Notes: generated from the letters alone by a model not told the origin. 64,000 bases of DNA from an uncultured Paraprevotella sp. (GCA_944320775.1 CALUIV010000003.1:253-64252), one strand, 5' to 3'; positions 38,903-48,956 are shown, numbered from the stretch's first letter. A program made the numbers and translations.

Positions 38903-41900
38903 ATGGAACAGCAGCAGACACAAAACAGAGGAATGAATGAATGGTTTGAAGAAATCATGCTTATTGACCGGACGGAAAAAGAAAAGAGAACACAATATTA
39001 CCGTCTGGACCGACTTGTAGAAAGAATGATTAAAGACAAGACCAAAGGATTCGCCGCAGATTTTACCAACATGGCAGCTCGCACACATGCTTTATGTAAA
39101 GCAACCGGATATCCACCTACATCACTGGAACGTTTCCGATGTAATGCAGCCCAGATTAAAAGAGGAGAACTCCAACCTGATCGTGAAGACTATTTGTATG
39201 ACCTGAAAGCTGTTTGCGAAGCCATTTCTTTTTTTTATAATGAACCGATACCGGAGATATTAACAAAAAAATTGCCGCATCACTGGAGAAACAAAAACAA
39301 ACAGCAAGAACCACGCCAAAAAATCAAAAGGATAAGACTGACTGTTACGGGATGGAACGAACAATACATCCTGGGCAAAGACAATAATGCTCCGGACGAA
39401 GGAATACTACACGTAAGCTATCGGAATCCGAATGACGAGACTGGGGCTTTTGACAATCTGCCCGAACAACTCTACGACGGAGCGCAACTGAACCTGCTTT
39501 CTGTGGTCAGATGCACAGACGAAACACATCCGGACATAAGCATACTGAAACCAGAACTGATTATATTGGATCCGGATTTTCTCGTAGACATTACAGCAAT
39601 CTGCGCGTGCATTAAACCGTATGGAAAAAGTGCCCTGAACCACATCGTCAACAAGTTTGCACCAAACGCCAAATCAGCTGCCATCCAGTTGGGAAATCTG
39701 GCCAACCGCTTTTTGGACGACTGCGTAAATGAACAAGCACACGAAACAAGAAGCGAGAACGAACTGTATCGGGAATCACTCCACCATAGTTTCGGAGAAA
39801 CTCCCATCGAATATACCACCTTACCGGGAATTGACAAGAATTTCTTTGATACGGCCGAAAAGCAGTTTCATAATATCAGGGAAACCGTGAAGGAACAATT
39901 TCAGGCCGCAGATATTGACATCGAACGGCAAGAGGTGCAACTCGAACCGTCCTTCCTTTGTGAAGCACTCGGCATACAGGGGCGTATGGACCTGATGCTG
40001 AATGATTTTTCGAAAATCGTTGAGTTGAAGAGCGGCAAGGCTCAGGAATTTCCAGAACTACAGCCGCAGGAAGTACACGGCCTGCAGATGGCACTCTATA
40101 AGGAAATTCTGTATTACAGTATGGACGTGGCACATCAGGACGTGGAAACCTATTTGTTCTATTCCCGCTATCCCAGGTTCTATAACATCCGCTATCCCAA
40201 AAAGGAATTGCAAAAAGCCATGGCTCTGAGAAACGAGATTGTTCATCTGGAGAGACGGTTACGACAGGGACATTGGCGGGAAATACGGGAAATGCTCACC
40301 GAAGAGCAACTGGTCGATCCTATGACGTTGGGCAGTACATTCTACCAAAAGTATTTGCGCAAGGACCTGATGCAGATCATCAACACACTCCATCAGATGA
40401 AAGATACGGAGGAAGCCTATTTCAATGCCTTTGTGACTTTCCTCGAGAGGGAACAGTTTCTTGCGAAAACGGGAGATGACGATCCGGATTCCGGACATGG
40501 ATTTGCCGAAACCTGGAATGCCGATACCCGGACCAAACAAAGCAACGGCAACATCCTGACTGACCTGAAACTGACTCCTGTCGAAGATGAAAACGGAACG
40601 GTTGTCGGACTGGAAGCCGCCATGCCGGAATATGGGGAGGATTTCCTGCCCAATTTCCGACCGGGCGACCTCGTCATGCTTTACGAAAGGAATACGGAAA
40701 ACGACCTGGCCATCAACAAACAGATATTCCGATGCCAGATTGAGGAAATGGGTGCAACGAATATTCGTCTGAAACTGAGCTTCAAACAAAGGAACAAACG
40801 TGTGTTTCATACCGAAAGCCGGTATGCACTCGAACCGGGATATATGGATGCGACGTTCACACAAGGCTATAAAGGGCTTTTTGAACTGTTGCAGGCTCCG
40901 AAACAGAGAAAAGACCTGATTTTAGGACTAAGACTACCTAAAAGAGACGAACAGGTCACTTGTAACGGACATTATACCAATCAGGATATTGACCATATTG
41001 TAACATTAGCCAAACAGGCCAAGGATTATTTTCTGCTGGTCGGACCTCCGGGAACCGGAAAAACCTCTGTGGCCCTGCGTTCGATGGTCCTTGAATTTCT
41101 TTCCGAAACACCCCGGAAAAATCTGCTGCTGATGGCATATACAAACCGGGCCGTAGATGAAATCTGCAAGATGCTGGACGACCTGACTGTCGACTATGCC
41201 CGAATCGGACAGGAGCTAAGTTGCGAAAAAGAATATCGGAAAAGATTGCTGAAAAATATCATCGCTCCGGCAACGAACAGAAAGCAGATTTTTGACCTGT
41301 TGGAACCCATCCAGATTGTAGTCGGCACCATCAGCAGCATTGCCGGAAAAACGGAGCTGTTCCAGTTAAAACGGTTTGACGTGGCCTTAATCGACGAAGC
41401 TTCCCAGGTGCTCGAGCCGCAATTGCTTCCGTTGCTTTGCGCCACGTCCTCACTGCCTACGGCCGATTTCCATGCTGATCCATGCGCTATCACTAAATTC
41501 ATTCTGATCGGCGACCACAAACAGTTGCCGGCCGTCGTCGTGCAACCTAACGAGTTATCGGAAGTGCACGATGAGCAACTACACGACATCGGACTGACCA
41601 ACTGCAGAAACTCATTGTTCGAACGGTTGCATCATCTGCAAATTCAGAAAGGCACAACCGGATTCGTGGCCTTGCTGAACAAACAGGGGCGCATGCATGA
41701 AACGTTGAGCGACTTTGTCAACAGGCTCTACTATAACGAGCAATTGCAGGTCGTGCCGCTCCCCCACCAGTTAGGTCAAACAGACTTCCCCTGCTGTGAT
41801 GAAGCTGACCAATGGACCCGATTTGTAGCCCATTGCCGGATGGGATTTATCCCCATAACGAAAACCGGAACGAACGACAATAACAAAGTGAACCGCGATG

Positions 41901-42340
41901 AAGCCCAAAAAGCAGCAGAGTTGGTAAAGACCCTTTACCAACTCTATCTGGAAAATCATATGGAATGGGATGCCGGACAACATATAGGAATCATCGTTCC
42001 TTTCCGTGGGCAGATCGCCATGACCAGAAAAATGCTGAACGAAACGGGTATTCCGGACTATAGTAGCATCACAATAGATACGGTAGAACGCTATCAGGGC
42101 AGTCAGCGGGATACGATTATCTACTGCACTACGATTAGCCAGAAATACCAGATGGATATGCTTTCAACCCCCGTTGAAACTGACGGTATCTGTATTGACC
42201 GGAAACTGAATGTGGCACTGACCCGGGCACGAAAGCAGTTTTTCCTTATCGGCAACCCACTGTTACTACGCCAGGCTGAGGACTATCGCAAACTGTTGGA
42301 CTATATACAACAGATTACTTCCGAACAAAACCAATCTTAA
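38903..42340 (+). CDS. Dna2-like PD-(D/E)XK nuclease fused to a UPF1-like SF1B helicase
   Basis: Nuclease GRMDL...VELKSGK...QMALY; helicase GPPGTGKT, DEASQ, GDHKQLP, KQGRM, TVERYQGSQRD, RKLNVALTRA; start MEQQ at 38903. Confidence 0.85.
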   Translation: MEQQQTQNRGMNEWFEEIMLIDRTEKEKRTQYYRLDRLVERMIKDKTKGFAADFTNMAARTHALCKATGYPPTSLERFRCNAAQIKRGELQPDREDYLYDLKAVCEAISFFYNEPIPEILTKKLPHHWRNKNKQQEPRQKIKRIRLTVTGWNEQYILGKDNNAPDEGILHVSYRNPNDETGAFDNLPEQLYDGAQLNLLSVVRCTDETHPDISILKPELIILDPDFLVDITAICACIKPYGKSALNHIVNKFAPNAKSAAIQLGNLANRFLDDCVNEQAHETRSENELYRESLHHSFGETPIEYTTLPGIDKNFFDTAEKQFHNIRETVKEQFQAADIDIERQEVQLEPSFLCEALGIQGRMDLMLNDFSKIVELKSGKAQEFPELQPQEVHGLQMALYKEILYYSMDVAHQDVETYLFYSRYPRFYNIRYPKKELQKAMALRNEIVHLERRLRQGHWREIREMLTEEQLVDPMTLGSTFYQKYLRKDLMQIINTLHQMKDTEEAYFNAFVTFLEREQFLAKTGDDDPDSGHGFAETWNADTRTKQSNGNILTDLKLTPVEDENGTVVGLEAAMPEYGEDFLPNFRPGDLVMLYERNTENDLAINKQIFRCQIEEMGATNIRLKLSFKQRNKRVFHTESRYALEPGYMDATFTQGYKGLFELLQAPKQRKDLILGLRLPKRDEQVTCNGHYTNQDIDHIVTLAKQAKDYFLLVGPPGTGKTSVALRSMVLEFLSETPRKNLLLMAYTNRAVDEICKMLDDLTVDYARIGQELSCEKEYRKRLLKNIIAPATNRKQIFDLLEPIQIVVGTISSIAGKTELFQLKRFDVALIDEASQVLEPQLLPLLCATSSLPTADFHADPCAITKFILIGDHKQLPAVVVQPNELSEVHDEQLHDIGLTNCRNSLFERLHHLQIQKGTTGFVALLNKQGRMHETLSDFVNRLYYNEQLQVVPLPHQLGQTDFPCCDEADQWTRFVAHCRMGFIPITKTGTNDNNKVNRDEAQKAAELVKTLYQLYLENHMEWDAGQHIGIIVPFRGQIAMTRKMLNETGIPDYSSITIDTVERYQGSQRDTIIYCTTISQKYQMDMLSTPVETDGICIDRKLNVALTRARKQFFLIGNPLLLRQAEDYRKLLDYIQQITSEQNQS

Positions 42341-43400
42341 GATTCAGTTTCAAATAATACAAACGGTTTTCCCGCTCAAGATAACCATATTTGTCTTTGT
42401 CGGGCAAACCTTTTTCCAACCGGGTATGCGTGAACAGGAATTCGGCAAATGTTTCGCGGTCATTCTTCTGATAAGACAAGAGACGACCATCATGGTCTAC
42501 CATGACAAAACCGGAAACGGCCGATTCCTTACCGGTATAAATTTTAGCCGGGCGCATCCCCAAAGCTAAAGCCAAAAGGAACTGCTTCATTTTATGACGA
42601 TAAAAACCATGTTTATGAATTAGTTCATCCTTAATTTTCAGAGGATTTTTCTCTTCAATCAGCTGTGTCAGTTCATCTACCCGACTGATATTGTCCAAGT
42701 GTAAAATACGCGTCATTTCCGCCAATATACGAGGGAAATGCAAATCAATCATATGCAGATTACTCCGGAAAATTTTATCGGCCACGTCACTATATTTCAG
42801 TACACCCCCCATACTTTCAATATAAAGCATCCGGCGGGCCACCTCTGCCGGATTTTCAGGTGATTCTGTATAATTGATTTTATTGACTGCCGGTTGGGAG
42901 AAACGAATACCCGTCTGTTCAAACTTCAAATTTGCCGTACGGCCACCATCCAACAAAGGATCCATACCACAAAGACGGGAATAAATACGGAAACCGACCA
43001 AAGGCATATCCTCACGATAGAATGCCAGATAAAAATCGGTACGGTCATCGGTAATTGCTTCCATATTATAGATTTTCAAAGCATCCAGAAAACCTTCAAC
43101 CCCTTCGGGCGCTTCTATTTCAGTTTCTGAAGAAGCCCGCAATACAGTAAGAATCATTTGAGAAACAGTCTCGAAATCTTCACGTGGAAACAATTCATCA
43201 ATATCAGGTCCCACAACCCGAACATCCTGTTCGCGAATCACATATCGGCGTGTACCGTCATGTTCTTCCCGTTGTATCAAAGCAATGGGGAGAACAGATT
43301 GAGCATTTCCGGCAGCATCACCAGCGGCAAGTTCACCTTTTGCCAAAAGCGAAAACAAAGTATATAATTCATTCCATTCTCGACGTGTAGCTGTCAACAT
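42315..43400 (-). CDS. HpaII family restriction endonuclease homolog, orphan, possibly inactive
   Basis: EWNELY.LF.LLA.G, RTD...GFRIYSRL, FRSNL.MID..FPRILAEM, NPL..., ALGMRP, YLKLNLKIGF align with R.HpaII as I recall it; 361 aa from MLTATRR at 43400. Confidence 0.8.
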   Translation of the reverse strand: MLTATRREWNELYTLFSLLAKGELAAGDAAGNAQSVLPIALIQREEHDGTRRYVIREQDVRVVGPDIDELFPREDFETVSQMILTVLRASSETEIEAPEGVEGFLDALKIYNMEAITDDRTDFYLAFYREDMPLVGFRIYSRLCGMDPLLDGGRTANLKFEQTGIRFSQPAVNKINYTESPENPAEVARRMLYIESMGGVLKYSDVADKIFRSNLHMIDLHFPRILAEMTRILHLDNISRVDELTQLIEEKNPLKIKDELIHKHGFYRHKMKQFLLALALGMRPAKIYTGKESAVSGFVMVDHDGRLLSYQKNDRETFAEFLFTHTRLEKGLPDKDKYGYLERENRLYYLKLNLKIGFVRK

Positions 43401-43469
43401 ATCTTTCCTATTTTTTACGTGAAACACTAGCTAAACCCAAACACAACATTCGTATGATGGATTCTTTTG

Positions 43470-43508
43470 CAAAATTAATGATTTATATGATTATTTTCCG
43501 TATATTTG
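43470..43508. promoter_or_regulatory. Divergent -7 elements for the HpaII-like gene (TAATTTTG, minus, 43470-43477) and sdaA (TATATTTG, plus, 43501-43508)
   Basis: Both match TAnnTTTG at plausible distances from the starts. Confidence 0.55.
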
Positions 43509-43536
43509 CCCATAATAACCTTTAAAAGAGAAAACA

Positions 43537-44757
43537 ATGATTACATTGAAAGAAATATACCGAATCGGTTACGGACCTTCGAGCAGCCACACTATGGGGC
43601 CACGAAAAGCTGCAGAACGTTTTTTAGAAAAACATCCGGAAGCAACACGGTTTGAAGTTACGCTCTATGGCAGTCTGGCAGCAACCGGAAAAGGACACAT
43701 GACCGACTGGGCTATTCTTGATGTTCTGAAAGAAGAAAAAACAACCATTGTCTGGGAACCTAAAATATTTTTACCCTATCATCCTAATGGAATGAAATTC
43801 CGTTCGTTTAATGCCGACAATGAACAAACAGACGAATGGACCGTATTCAGTGTTGGTGGTGGCGCTCTGGCAGAAGAAGGACAAAAAACAGCCGAATTCA
43901 AAGACATTTACGATATGAATCTGGCAACCGACATTATGAACTGGTGTGTCAGTACAGGTAAAAGTTACTGGGAATATGTCAAAGAATGCGAAGAAGAGGA
44001 TATTTGGGATTATTTGGCAGAAGTATGGAATGTTATGAAACGCGCCGTCGAACGTGGATTGGAAAAAGAAGAAGTTCTGCCTGGTCCGCTAAATCTCCGA
44101 CGTAAAGCTGCATCCTATTTTGTCCGTGCCGAAGGTTATCAGGCCTCAATGCGTACTCGAGGACTGATTTTTGCATATGCCTTAGCTGTCAGTGAAGAAA
44201 ACGCTGGAGGAGGAGAAATCGTTACAGCACCAACTTGCGGTTCATGCGGTGTACTTCCCGGAGTTCTTTATTACCTTTACAAATCCCGTAATATGAGCGA
44301 TAAACGAATTATCCGTGCTTTGGCTACAGCTGGACTATTCGGTAATATCGTAAAAACCAATGCTTCCATTTCCGGAGCTGAAGTCGGTTGTCAGGGAGAA
44401 GTCGGCGTGGCCTGTGCCATGGCGGCGGCTGCGGCAAACCAACTTTTCGGAGGAAGCCCGACCCAAATTGAATATGCTGCAGAGATGGGATTGGAACATC
44501 ATCTAGGACTCACTTGCGATCCAGTTTGTGGTCTGGTTCAGATCCCTTGTATCGAACGAAACGCTTACGCAGCCGCCCGTGCAATGGATGCCAATTCTTA
44601 TGCCATGTTTACCGACGGAGTACATCGGGTTTCATTCGACAAAGTGGTTGAAGTTATGAAAAAGACAGGACACGATTTACCTTCACTCTATAAAGAAACC
44701 AGCGAAGGTGGTCTGGCCGAAGGATTCCAACAAATGTGGGATTTAAGAAAAAAATAG
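43537..44757 (+). CDS. sdaA: L-serine ammonia-lyase, Fe-S dependent, single chain
   Basis: GYGPSSSHTMGP, TAPTCGSCG, GAEVGCQGEVG, HLGLTCDPVCGLVQIPCIERN. Confidence 0.95.
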   Translation: MITLKEIYRIGYGPSSSHTMGPRKAAERFLEKHPEATRFEVTLYGSLAATGKGHMTDWAILDVLKEEKTTIVWEPKIFLPYHPNGMKFRSFNADNEQTDEWTVFSVGGGALAEEGQKTAEFKDIYDMNLATDIMNWCVSTGKSYWEYVKECEEEDIWDYLAEVWNVMKRAVERGLEKEEVLPGPLNLRRKAASYFVRAEGYQASMRTRGLIFAYALAVSEENAGGGEIVTAPTCGSCGVLPGVLYYLYKSRNMSDKRIIRALATAGLFGNIVKTNASISGAEVGCQGEVGVACAMAAAAANQLFGGSPTQIEYAAEMGLEHHLGLTCDPVCGLVQIPCIERNAYAAARAMDANSYAMFTDGVHRVSFDKVVEVMKKTGHDLPSLYKETSEGGLAEGFQQMWDLRKK

Positions 44758-44885
44758 TCCCATAGAGTTTCTAACAGAATATCCAAACAGATTACATAAG
44801 GACTCATTTTCAGAAAATGATATAAAGACTGAGTCTTAGATATAAACAATCGCTTGCAAAAGAAGAATCCGACAATCTGAAATAG

Positions 44886-44929
44886 AAAATCCCCCAAAAG
44901 CCGTAATGTTCCAGCTTTTGGGGGATTTT
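44886..44929. terminator. Bidirectional terminator
   Basis: 16-bp inverted repeat aaaatcccccaaaagc / gcttttgggggatttt between convergent genes. Confidence 0.85.
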
Positions 44930-44952
44930 TCCATTTCAAGGAATTAATGTTC

Positions 44953-45432
44953 CTATTTCTCTTGCTGCGTCAGGAAATCCAGCAAACCATCACATGCATC
45001 TTCCAGAATATCCAAAACAGTTTCAAACCCTGAGTCTCCACCATAATATGGATCTGGCACATGATCAGCCGGAATTCGTCTACAAAAATCCGTCATACGA
45101 TATATTTTCTGTTCCTCAGGAAGTCCCGGAGCCAAATCACGTAATCCAGACAGATTACTGTCATCCATTCCGATCAGCATATCAAAATCAAAAAAATCAT
45201 GATAACCAACCGGACGGGATAAATGCGTAATCCGATATCCCCTACGAGCTGCATGAGCACGCATCCGGCTATCTGCAGGATCTCCCTGATGATAACTGCT
45301 CAAACCGGCAGAATCCAAGTCTATCTCTTTCTCCAACCCCGCATGAACAACCCGGTTACGCATAATTTCTTCGGCTGCAGCCGAACGGCAGATATTCCCA
45401 AGACAAACAAAAAGTATTCTTTTCATACCCAA
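44953..45432 (-). CDS. Low molecular weight protein-tyrosine phosphatase
   Basis: FVCLGNICRS P-loop, DSAG, VPDPYYGG. Confidence 0.94.
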   Translation of the reverse strand: MGMKRILFVCLGNICRSAAAEEIMRNRVVHAGLEKEIDLDSAGLSSYHQGDPADSRMRAHAARRGYRITHLSRPVGYHDFFDFDMLIGMDDSNLSGLRDLAPGLPEEQKIYRMTDFCRRIPADHVPDPYYGGDSGFETVLDILEDACDGLLDFLTQQEK

Positions 45433-45435
45433 TAA

Positions 45436-47247
45436 TTATGGAGCAATAATATTCAGATTCTCAATCTGGCTATTGATCACACGTTCAAACAAAACCGGCT
45501 TCTTATTCCAATGGAAAGGTTCAAATTCCTTATTCTGTCGAATAATGTTTTTCCGGAACGTAATTCCGTCAACCGATTTTGCGTAAAGAATCGGATTGTC
45601 AAACGTATCGAACAGATTATTCTCAATTAGAATTGCATGCTTTTTCCCTCCGTGGAAATAAGCCACCTGATCCTTCAGATTCGGTATTTCCGGATAAATA
45701 GAAATAACCGCATTGGTAAACTGATACATAGAAGTTAAAGCATTCAGGAAATGATTATGACGGATCGTCACATCGCGACACGCACCAGTCTCGTACCATC
45801 CATTGCAATCGCCACACAAGAGAATAGCTGTACCGGAAGTATGGTCAAAGAAGTTGTATTCCACAACCGTTGGGCGCGGAGTACTGAACAAAGCGCCACG
45901 TGCCCGGTTATTCCGAATCGTATTATGCGCAAAATATACCTCAGGCGACCAAGTCAGATTTTCAATTCCAAAGCCCTGACTCTCCGAAATGGCTGGATCA
46001 AGTTTCTTTGAAAAACTGATCTGAAAATCACGTTCGCCATGTGCCGTAGGCTGATAAATCGGACGGATGGAAGCAATCTTATTCTTTTCGCCAACAAGTT
46101 CCATCGTTGCTGAACGAATAAACTGTACCTCATCACCCACGAAACCCCAATCAAATCCCCAAGACTGGCCATGCATATACCGGGCAATCAAAGTCTTGTC
46201 GTCTACCCTGCGGATTACTTTCAGATAAGTTCCATGAACATTTATTGCGTCATCCATCATCCCTTCATACAAACCATTGATGGAAACAATCTTTCCCTTA
46301 CATCCGGAAAAATGAGTCGCATCGGCCTGCGTGGTAAAATATCGGGGATCGTCAGCACCCTTTAGACATACGGCAAAGCCATCCATTGTAATATTTTCAC
46401 AAATCTGGGCTAGAAGTCCCATCCCTTCAGCATAATGTACTTTCACATTTTTCAAAGTCGTGTTTACATTATGATACAAGAATATACCTGGATTTGGACG
46501 CTCCCAAGTACGCATCGCCACAATATTTCCTATTGTCAGACGCTGATCCTTCCAGTTCGGAGCGTGATACGTACGCGGAGCTACTTCCTTAATACCTTCG
46601 GTCGGACAATACAAATCAGCCGTATTATATAAAATATGACGTGTCTTTTTATCGAATGCAATGCCGGATTGTTGACGTAAAGCCCATCCTTCGCCATAGG
46701 TTTCAAAGCAATTATCCGCAATACGGCATTTCACCCAAGGAGCCACCTTGAAAACAATTCCCTCTGGAGTACTTTCCACGATTTCAACCTGAGCAATCTG
46801 AGGATTGGCAAAATCGATGCTAAAATCCTTCAACACACAATTCTGTGAACGGACCAAAGAAAGCGGCAACATACGTCCATGACAAACAAACTGAGCTCCG
46901 TTTCCTTCCAAAACCAGATTATGGAACCCTTCGAGTGCAATAGCTACGCTTTTCGGATTCACCTGATCATGATTGGAAATATAGTACTGCTTTTTAGCAG
47001 AATGAACCGGATGAAAATCATACACTCCCGACTCAAAACGCAAAACGATCTGTTCTTTTGAACCGATTTCGCCACGTTCCACCATTTTTTGCAAATCATA
47101 AAGCATACGTTGCATCGAACCTGACATATCACGTTCCGTATTCGGCACGATATTCCAGTCTGCAACAGAAAAAACCTTTGCAGACAAATAGTTTCCCATT
47201 CCTAAAGACAGAAACAGGAATAAAAACGATTTTAATAAATGTCTCAT
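45436..47247 (-). CDS. Alpha-1,3-galactosidase, glycoside hydrolase family 110
   Basis: Signal peptide; YYISNHDQ, ADATHFSGCKG, MDDAINVHGTY, NNRARGALFST beta-helix motifs. Confidence 0.88.
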   Translation of the reverse strand: MRHLLKSFLFLFLSLGMGNYLSAKVFSVADWNIVPNTERDMSGSMQRMLYDLQKMVERGEIGSKEQIVLRFESGVYDFHPVHSAKKQYYISNHDQVNPKSVAIALEGFHNLVLEGNGAQFVCHGRMLPLSLVRSQNCVLKDFSIDFANPQIAQVEIVESTPEGIVFKVAPWVKCRIADNCFETYGEGWALRQQSGIAFDKKTRHILYNTADLYCPTEGIKEVAPRTYHAPNWKDQRLTIGNIVAMRTWERPNPGIFLYHNVNTTLKNVKVHYAEGMGLLAQICENITMDGFAVCLKGADDPRYFTTQADATHFSGCKGKIVSINGLYEGMMDDAINVHGTYLKVIRRVDDKTLIARYMHGQSWGFDWGFVGDEVQFIRSATMELVGEKNKIASIRPIYQPTAHGERDFQISFSKKLDPAISESQGFGIENLTWSPEVYFAHNTIRNNRARGALFSTPRPTVVEYNFFDHTSGTAILLCGDCNGWYETGACRDVTIRHNHFLNALTSMYQFTNAVISIYPEIPNLKDQVAYFHGGKKHAILIENNLFDTFDNPILYAKSVDGITFRKNIIRQNKEFEPFHWNKKPVLFERVINSQIENLNIIAP

Positions 47248-47272
47248 AGCTTACATTAAATTAAAAGTTGAC

Positions 47273-47782
47273 TTATTGTTTTGAACTGACGACAAAAGAA
47301 TCAGAACCAGAACAATTACCTTCCGTCAGTCCTGAATTAACTAAATTAATCTGACCACTAATCCCTTCTTCCGGATCGTCATAAGTACCGCCATTATTAA
47401 TTACCGACCCCTGACCAGAGAACTGATAATTAGCAGAAAATTTTACACTGTAATTACCGACCGGAGCATCATCAGGCAACCAAAAGCCGATCACCGGATC
47501 AGCCGATTCGTTATCATAAACAACCTTTTTGGTTCCACTATACATTACAGTACCCTGGCATTTCACTTCCCAAGTATACGTAGCCCGATAAATCAGATGT
47601 CCTTTTTTTGCCTGAACAGCAGTAATTGTAATCGAATCACCGATTGTCGGATCAGACGGAGTTATACGAAACCCCTTAAAGGTCGGAACATAGGAATTAT
47701 AATCCTCTTTATCACAAGAAACAAGTCCTATCAAAGAAAACAAGAACAAAAGCGGTACGAATGACCAGAAAATTCTTTTCAT
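47273..47782 (-). CDS. Uncharacterized lipoprotein (Ig-like beta-rich)
   Basis: Lipobox LVSC followed by acidic DKED; beta-strand-rich 169 aa. Confidence 0.7.
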   Translation of the reverse strand: MKRIFWSFVPLLFLFSLIGLVSCDKEDYNSYVPTFKGFRITPSDPTIGDSITITAVQAKKGHLIYRATYTWEVKCQGTVMYSGTKKVVYDNESADPVIGFWLPDDAPVGNYSVKFSANYQFSGQGSVINNGGTYDDPEEGISGQINLVNSGLTEGNCSGSDSFVVSSKQ

Positions 47783-47811
47783 GTTTGTAAAATTAATTAA
47801 GTATCAGGTTA

Positions 47812-48396
47812 TTATTTAATATTTTTCAATTCAGAATACAGACGCTGTACAGGAAGCCCCATTACATTGAAGTAGGAACCGCGCAAAGAAGTCACCCCAA
47901 TAAAACCAATCCATTCCTGTACGCCATAAGCTCCGGCTTTATCCATCGGACGATAATTCCGTACGTAATAATCAATTTCTTCTTTGGTCAAATCCGAAAA
48001 AGTCACATCGCTAACTACAGAGAAACTATTTTGAAAACTACTGGTGGTCAACGTTACGCCTGTAATCACCTGATGTGTTTTACCGGAAAGCTTACGCAAC
48101 ATGGCATACGCTTCATCCTCGTTGGCCGGCTTTCCCAACACCATCCCATCCAGCCAGACAATCGTATCGGCTGTAATGATCAGTTCGTCAGGCTGCATCG
48201 TAGTCCGATAGGCCTCCGCCTTTTTCTTCGAAATATAAACCGGAATCTCTGTTCCGTCCAAACCATCCGGATAGGATTCATCAATATCCGGAATTATTTT
48301 CACTTCGTAGTCTATTCCCAAACCGGAAAGCAATTCCCTACGACGTGGAGAATTACTGGCCAGGATAATATGATATTTTGCTAAATTCTTCAACAT
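47812..48396 (-). CDS. maf: Maf-like nucleoside triphosphate pyrophosphatase
   Basis: ILASNSPRRRELL, ITADTIV, GKP, DKAGAYG, NVMGLP; start at 48396. Confidence 0.94.
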   Translation of the reverse strand: MLKNLAKYHIILASNSPRRRELLSGLGIDYEVKIIPDIDESYPDGLDGTEIPVYISKKKAEAYRTTMQPDELIITADTIVWLDGMVLGKPANEDEAYAMLRKLSGKTHQVITGVTLTTSSFQNSFSVVSDVTFSDLTKEEIDYYVRNYRPMDKAGAYGVQEWIGFIGVTSLRGSYFNVMGLPVQRLYSELKNIK

Positions 48397-48437
48397 ATTA
48401 AAATTGTTATTTTCAAAAAGTTCTCTTATGATAAAAC

Positions 48438-48956
48438 CTACCACCCGAAAGCTTCCTGATCCTGCATCCATTTATGTTGGGCTTTCAGTACCTGTTCCAC
48501 CACATCGCGCACACAGCCCTCACCGCCACGCAAGTGGGAGATATAACGGGCTATGTTACGAATCTCAGGAGCAGCGTCCTGTGGACAGCAGGGACAACCG
48601 CAACGTCGCATCACTTCGTAATCAGGAATATCATCACCCATATAGAGCACCTCCTCATCCTGCAACTGATGTTTCTGTAACAACTGCTCATAAGTACGAA
48701 TCTTTACGGAACACCCCAAATGAACCTCCGTCAGCCCCAATCCCTCATAACGACGGCGTACAGCTTCCGTGGTTCCTCCTGTAATAATTGCTATTTGCAA
48801 TCCTTTCTTCACAGCCAATTGTAAGGCATATCCATCCTTAATGTTAACCGTTCGCAAAGGAACACCGTCAGAATCCGTAGGAACCGTTTCACGACTGAGC
48901 ACTCCGTCTACATCAAACGCAAGCATCTTGATCCGTGTTAAATCATAATCAATCAT
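48438..48956 (-). CDS. kdsC: KDO 8-phosphate phosphatase (KdsC/YrbI family HAD)
   Basis: [36 protein letters not shown]. Confidence 0.85.
   Translation of the reverse strand: MIDYDLTRIKMLAFDVDGVLSRETVPTDSDGVPLRTVNIKDGYALQLAVKKGLQIAIITGGTTEAVRRRYEGLGLTEVHLGCSVKIRTYEQLLQKHQLQDEEVLYMGDDIPDYEVMRRCGCPCCPQDAAPEIRNIARYISHLRGGEGCVRDVVEQVLKAQHKWMQDQEAFGW

Noticed and set aside
39900-40260. Cas4-like nuclease as a sign of a CRISPR-Cas locus
   Set aside because: It is the RecB-family domain of a Dna2-like fusion; there is no cas1/cas2 or array in the window.
42315-43400. Complete type II restriction-modification system
   Set aside because: No methyltransferase motifs in any ORF of the window; flanks are core genes.
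44798-44837. Overlapping palindromes CATTTTC-A-GAAAATG and AAGACT-G-AGTCTT
   Set aside because: Short, between convergent genes, with no promoter context; plausibly chance.
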